Source: Phycisphaera mikurensis NBRC 102666 (GTDB lineage Bacteria > Planctomycetota > Phycisphaerae > Phycisphaerales > Phycisphaeraceae). Taken from it: DNA of 32,000 bases. Below are positions 27,882 to 32,000 of this stretch, in pieces; positions within the stretch are counted from its first letter, which is position 1; each line of letters begins with the position of its first letter. The stretch covers positions 630,001 to 662,000 of the forward strand of contig NC_017080.1 of assembly GCF_000284115.1 (NCBI RefSeq), read 5' to 3'. Made by a program: the position numbers and the translations under genes. A model generated the notes under the pieces. That model was not told the DNA's origin, did not search any database, and saw only the letters and a program-made list of their open reading frames with translations.

Positions 27882-27913
27882 CCGCCCCGAACCGCCCGCC
27901 CCACCCGCTCGAT

Positions 27914-29116
27914 ATGGCTTACACGGTCCTGGCACGCCGGTACCGGAGCCAGCGGTTCGCGGGCGTGATCGGCCAGCAGCCGGTTGCCGAAACGCTCAAG
28001 AACGCCATCGCCTCGGGGCGGGTGGCGCACGCCTACCTCTTCTGCGGGACCCGCGGCGTCGGCAAGACGTCGATGGCGCGGCTCTTCGCCCGGGCGCTCA
28101 ACGCGCCCGATACGGTGGAGGACGCGCCCCGGGCGGAGGGCGTCGCGTACCCGCCCGAAGACGTGCAGGAACGGATGGCCCAGGCGATCATGTCCGGGCA
28201 GGACATGAACGTCGTGGAGATCGACGGGGCGAGCAACAACTCGGTCGACAACGCCCGGCAGCTCATCGCCAACGCCGGTCTGTCGCCCACCGCGAACGCG
28301 CTCTACAAGATCTACATCATCGACGAGGTCCACATGCTCTCGGGCGCGGCGTTCAACGCCCTGCTCAAGACGATGGAGGAGCCGCCGCCGCACGTGAAGT
28401 TCATCCTGTGCACCACCGAGGCGCACAAGGTTCCCCCCACGATCCAGTCGCGCTGCCAACGGTTCGAGTTCCGCGACATCCCGACCGCGCAGATCGCCGA
28501 GCACCTCCGCGGCGTGCTCGACGGGGAGCAGACCCAAGCCTCCGACGAGGTGCTCTGGCAGGTGGCCCGGCTCGGCCGCGGCTCGATGCGGGACGCGCTG
28601 TCGCTGATGGACCGCCTGCTCGCCACCGGGGAGAACCCGCTGACGCCCCGGGTGCTCAGCGACATGCTCGGGCTGCCCCAGCAGTCGCTGGTCACCGGGC
28701 TGGTCTCGGCGATGGCGGCCGGCGACCTGCCCGGCACGCTGGAGGGCACGGCCGAGCTGCTGGGCCGGGGCGTCGGGCAGGACCAGCTCACCGAGGTGCT
28801 CATCGAGTTCCTGCGCAACCTCATGCTGATCGCGGCGTGCGGCCCCGGCAGCGAGCTCGTCGAGCTCTCCGAGGACGTGAAGCCCGAGGCGGCGGAGCTG
28901 GCGGAACGCTTCGACGCCGCCGGGCTCGTGCACATGATGACGCTGCTGGAGAACCTGCAGCGGTCGGCGAAGAGCTCGCCCACGCCGCGCGCCCTGCTCG
29001 ACGCGACCGTGGTGCGGCTGGCGCTCTCCGAGAAGGTCGCCGACGTGGCGGGCCTGCTGGCCGGTCCGGGCGGTCCGGGCGGCCCGGACGGTCCGGGCGG
29101 AAAAAAAAAAGCCTGA
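27914..29116 (+). CDS. dnaX: DNA polymerase III subunit gamma (zero-frame product of dnaX)
   Basis: VLARRYRSQRFAGVIGQQPVAETLKNAI, FCGTRGVGKTSMARLFARAL, EIDGASNNSVDNARQL, YIIDEVHMLSGAAFNALLKTMEEPPPHVKFILCTTEAHKVPPTIQSRCQRFEF; ends GGKKKA-stop right after an A10 run. Confidence 0.96.
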   Translation: MAYTVLARRYRSQRFAGVIGQQPVAETLKNAIASGRVAHAYLFCGTRGVGKTSMARLFARALNAPDTVEDAPRAEGVAYPPEDVQERMAQAIMSGQDMNVVEIDGASNNSVDNARQLIANAGLSPTANALYKIYIIDEVHMLSGAAFNALLKTMEEPPPHVKFILCTTEAHKVPPTIQSRCQRFEFRDIPTAQIAEHLRGVLDGEQTQASDEVLWQVARLGRGSMRDALSLMDRLLATGENPLTPRVLSDMLGLPQQSLVTGLVSAMAAGDLPGTLEGTAELLGRGVGQDQLTEVLIEFLRNLMLIAACGPGSELVELSEDVKPEAAELAERFDAAGLVHMMTLLENLQRSAKSSPTPRALLDATVVRLALSEKVADVAGLLAGPGGPGGPDGPGGKKKA

Positions 29117-29742
29117 CCGCCGCTGAAGCGGCGGGGCGGCCGGCCCCGTCCGCACCGCCCGCTCCCCGCCCGCCCGCGCCCGCTTCCGTGCCGGCCGCGG
29201 TCCCGCCCCCGGCCGTCGCGGCCCCGCGCCCGCCGGCGGAGCGGGCGCAGCCGGACACCTCCGACCCCGCCGCGGCCTGGGCGGCCGTGGTCGCCGCGCT
29301 GGAGGCCCACAACGCGTGGGCCTGGCTCGACCAGGTCGCTCTCGCTTCCGGCGGCGACGACGCGGGCGTGCTGTGCCTGCGCATCCGCCCCCGGCCCGCC
29401 GCCGCCGGTGTTTCCCGCCTCGCCACGCCCGACCGACTCGATCGGCTCGCCGCGCAGGCCACCGCCGTCCTCGGCCGCCGCACGCGGATCACCCTCGTCG
29501 CCCACGAGCGGCCCGCCGCCTCCCCCGGCCCCGGCCCCGGCGCCGCCCACGCCGCCGCCGGGGCCCTGGGCAGCCGGGTCGCCGCCGAAGCCGCCGAGGC
29601 CAACGCCCAACGCCAGGAGGCGATGGGCCGCCCGCTGGTCCGGGCCGTGCTCTCGGTCTTCCCCGACGCCGTGCTCGTCCGGGCGGAGAAGAAGAAGCGG
29701 AGGCCGGGCGCCCAAGCGGAGCCGGAGGCCACGGACGCCTGA
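27914..29742 (+). CDS. dnaX: DNA polymerase III subunit tau, predicted via -1 frameshift/slippage at 29101-29110
   Basis: The -1 frame continues ...GRKKKSLTAAEAAGRPAPS...AWAAVVAALEAHNAWAWLDQ...ANAQRQEAMGRPLVRAVLSVFPDAVLVRAEKKKRR..., resembling a DnaX C-terminal extension. Confidence 0.8.
29101..29134 (+). promoter_or_regulatory. Candidate programmed frameshift cassette: A10 slippery run, 0-frame TGA, 7-bp stimulatory hairpin
   Basis: A10 29101-29110; GCCTGA 29111-29116; CCGCCGC-TGAA-GCGGCGG 29117-29134. Confidence 0.8.
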
Positions 29743-29787
29743 TCCGCATCCCAAGACAATGAGAAGCGTCCGTCGATGCGCCGGCGG

Positions 29788-29893
29788 GGTGCCACGCCGC
29801 TTGCGGGGTGGGGTGTCCGCAGGGCACGCGGCCCGTCCGTGCCCGCGCTGGCGTCGCCTCCGGCGACCGCCACCTCGCAAGCGGCGTGGCACC
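29788..29893. repeat. 24-bp inverted repeat (1 mismatch) with 58-nt spacer
   Basis: GGTGCCACGCCGCTTGCGGGGTGG (29788-29811) versus CCACCTCGCAAGCGGCGTGGCACC (29870-29893). Confidence 0.8.
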
Positions 29894-29975
29894 GAGGGTG
29901 CCGAGTATCCGGCCCCAGGAGGTGGGTCGAAGGCGGAGCCCGCTTCCGGGCGGGCGTGGCACCCCGGCGTGCGGG

Positions 29976-30821
29976 TCACTTGCCCGGGTTCGTCCAGGCG
30001 TTGTCGCGGCGGAAGGTCTCGAGGTAGCGGCCGTGCTGGCCGCTGGCGGAGTTGCGGACCGAGGTCACCAGCCGCTGCACGTGCGGGTCGTGGGGGTACG
30101 CGTCCTCGAGGGCGTCGCAAGCGGCGTCGGTCCGGCCGACGCCGCCGGAGTCCGCCCGCGAGCTGTACAGCCGGCGGAACGCGTCACGCAGGTGCAGCCG
30201 GCTGTCGTCGCCGATGCCCTGCCGCTTGAGGCCCACGGAGTTGAGCCGGCGGACCTCGGCGGGGTTGCCCTCGATCGTCATGAACGGCGGCGAGTCCTTG
30301 GTGACGCGGGTCATGCCGCCGACGAAGCCGTGCCCGCCGATCGTCACGAAGTGGTGGATCGCCGAGGCGCCGCCCACGGTCACGTGGTCCTCGACGAGCA
30401 CGTGACCGGCCATCTGCACGCCGTTGGCGAGCACGACGTGGTTGCCGACGCGGCAGTCGTGGGCGACGTGCACGTACGCCATCAGCAGGTTGTGGTTGCC
30501 GACGCGGGTCTGGCCGCGATCGTTGGCGGTGCCCTTGTGCAGGGTCACGCTCTCGCGGATCTCGTTGTGGTCGCCGATCACCAGCTCCGTGTCCTCGCCT
30601 CCGAACTTCAAGTCCTGCGGATCGCCGCCGAGCACCGCGTTGGGCCAGACGGTGTTCCCCTCGCCCATCGTGGTGCGGCCGGTGACGGTGACGTGCGAGA
30701 TGAGCGTGGTGCCGGCGCCCAGGCGGGCCTTGGGACCGACCCAGCAGAACGGCCCGACGCGCGCGTCTTCCGCGAGCTGGGCGCCGGGTTCGATGATGGC
30801 GGTGGCGTGGATCGTGGGCAT
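29976..30821 (-). CDS. lpxA: Acyl-ACP--UDP-N-acetylglucosamine O-acyltransferase
   Basis: MPTIHATAIIEPGAQLAEDARVGPFCWVGPKARLGAGT..., GGDPQDLKFGGEDTELVIGDHNEIRESVTLHKGT, MAYVHVAHDCRVGNHVVLANGVQMAGHV, NSVGLKRQG. Confidence 0.96.
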   Translation of the reverse strand: MPTIHATAIIEPGAQLAEDARVGPFCWVGPKARLGAGTTLISHVTVTGRTTMGEGNTVWPNAVLGGDPQDLKFGGEDTELVIGDHNEIRESVTLHKGTANDRGQTRVGNHNLLMAYVHVAHDCRVGNHVVLANGVQMAGHVLVEDHVTVGGASAIHHFVTIGGHGFVGGMTRVTKDSPPFMTIEGNPAEVRRLNSVGLKRQGIGDDSRLHLRDAFRRLYSSRADSGGVGRTDAACDALEDAYPHDPHVQRLVTSVRNSASGQHGRYLETFRRDNAWTNPGK

Positions 30822-30862
30822 GACGGGGGCCCCGGGAGGAGCGTCTCCTTTCTCGACCGGCT

Positions 30863-32000
30863 TCAGCTCTGGTCGTCGTCGACCAGCATGAACTTCACTT
30901 CCGCCTCGGCGGCGACCTCCTCGGCGACGTAGGCCCGGCACCGCATGTGCGCGATGCGGCTGCGGATGCGGACGGCCTCGGCCTCGAGGATGAGCTGGTC
31001 GCCGGGGGTGACGGTGCGGCGGAGCTTGACGCGGTCCAGCGAGAGCATGATCGGAAGCTTGCCCACCTGCTCGAGGCTCTGGCCGATCAGCACCCCGGAG
31101 AGCTGAGCCATCGCCTCGACGATCAGCACGCCGGGCATGATCGGCGTGCCGGGGTAGTGGCCCTGGAAGAAGGGCTCGTTGATTGTCACGTTCTTGACGC
31201 CCAACGCCCGGCGGTCGCCGTCGATCTCCAGCACGCGGTCGACCAGCAGCATCGGGTAGCGGTGGGGCATCATCCGCAGCAGCCGGCGGACGTCGGCGAC
31301 GTTCGCGGTCCGGGCGAGCTCCATCCGGCCCTGCCGCCGCCCCTGCGTCACCAGCGCCCGGGCCAGCTCGTGGTTGAGGGGGTGGCCGGAGCGGCGTGCG
31401 ATGACGCGGCCGCGGATCGGCGAGCCCACCAGGGCGAGGTCGCCGAGGAGGTCGAGGATCTTGTGGCGGACCGGCTCGTCGGCGAAGCGGAAGGCGTTGC
31501 CGCCCAGCGGCCCGTCCTCGCCGATGACCAGCACCTCGGAGGGCGAGAGGTGGGCGAACAGGCCCTGGGCGAGGGCGGCCTTCGCCTCCGCCTCGAGGCT
31601 GAAGGTGCGCGAGGGGGCGATCTGATCGCGGTAGTCGTCGCCGTGCGTGCGGAACTGCTGCAGCTGCCGGCCGATCAGCGCGTTCTGCGGGCTGTAGTCC
31701 AGCTGGTAGGTGAGGTCCAGCCCGGGGTCGTGCGACGGCAGCGCCACCAGCTCGGCCTCGTCCTGCACGATGGTCACCGGCTCTTCGACCACCAGGTAGC
31801 GGCGGGCGGCCGCCTGCTCCCGCACGCCCGCCGAGGCGATGGCCTCGTAGAAAGGCAGCGCCGAGCCGTCGACGCCCGGCACCTCGGCCGCGTCGAGGTC
31901 GATGATCAGGTTGTCGATGGACCAGCCGGCGACGGCGGAGAGCACGTGCTCGCAGGTCTCGATCACCGCCTCGCCGAGCTTGAGCGCCGTCCGCCGCGAG
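30863..32000 (-). CDS. lpxC-fabZ: Bifunctional LpxC-FabZ fusion (UDP-3-O-acyl-GlcNAc deacetylase / 3-hydroxyacyl-ACP dehydratase); N-terminus runs off right edge
   Basis: LpxC part: CEHVLSAVAGWSIDNLIIDLDAAEVPGVDGSALPF, HKILDLLGDLALVG, SGHPLNHELARAL. FabZ part: LLRMMPHRYPMLLVDRVLEIDG, NEPFFQGHYPGTPIMPGVLIVEAMAQLSGVL. Confidence 0.95.
   Translation of the reverse strand, partial: SRRTALKLGEAVIETCEHVLSAVAGWSIDNLIIDLDAAEVPGVDGSALPFYEAIASAGVREQAAARRYLVVEEPVTIVQDEAELVALPSHDPGLDLTYQLDYSPQNALIGRQLQQFRTHGDDYRDQIAPSRTFSLEAEAKAALAQGLFAHLSPSEVLVIGEDGPLGGNAFRFADEPVRHKILDLLGDLALVGSPIRGRVIARRSGHPLNHELARALVTQGRRQGRMELARTANVADVRRLLRMMPHRYPMLLVDRVLEIDGDRRALGVKNVTINEPFFQGHYPGTPIMPGVLIVEAMAQLSGVLIGQSLEQVGKLPIMLSLDRVKLRRTVTPGDQLILEAEAVRIRSRIAHMRCRAYVAEEVAAEAEVKFMLVDDDQS

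Noticed and set aside
29060-29100. GGTCCGGGCGG-like repeats before the dnaX A-run as an internal Shine-Dalgarno stimulator
   Set aside because: They encode a Gly/Pro-rich linker and lack a convincing AGGAG-type core; kept only as context for the frameshift.
1-32000. CRISPR arrays, tRNA/rRNA genes, prophage or transposase genes
   Set aside because: No regularly spaced repeats, tRNA-like cloverleaf, rRNA motifs or recombinase/transposase signatures were seen by eye.

Overview
High-GC (about 70% or more) bacterial chromosomal window. The gene content looks planctomycete/Phycisphaerae-like; this is an inference from protein style, the LpxC-FabZ fusion and the prepilin-like genes. Most of it is ordinary housekeeping: an LptC/LptA-like protein, a phosphomannomutase family enzyme, an MMPL transporter, a polysaccharide deacetylase, an aspartyl protease, rplU, panC, dnaA, a GNAT acetyltransferase, a glycosyltransferase, an SDR oxidoreductase, a DUF3072-like protein, two tandem prepilin-like genes, a Fic protein, ispG, accA, prephenate dehydrogenase, flagellin, SRP RNA, dnaX, lpxA and lpxC-fabZ. 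No phage, transposon, CRISPR, rRNA or tRNA was recognised. The signals most worth following are: (1) dnaX, where an A10 run, an adjacent stop and an immediate 7-bp hairpin imply that full-length tau needs a -1 frameshift or transcriptional slippage; (2) a tandem 1.64-kb module carrying two prepilin-like genes, each with a matched promoter-like element, a ~450-nt conserved leader with sequence-divergent but structure-preserving hairpins, and a terminator; (3) an SRP RNA with a non-GNRA apical loop directly upstream of dnaX; (4) a DnaA with altered DNA-contact signature residues and a small DnaA-box-like cluster upstream; (5) an operator-like cluster of GTCGC repeats in front of a Fic gene; (6) a 24-bp inverted repeat and related dispersed GGCGTGGCACC repeats. 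Many long ORFs in the supplied track are shadow ORFs caused by high GC.
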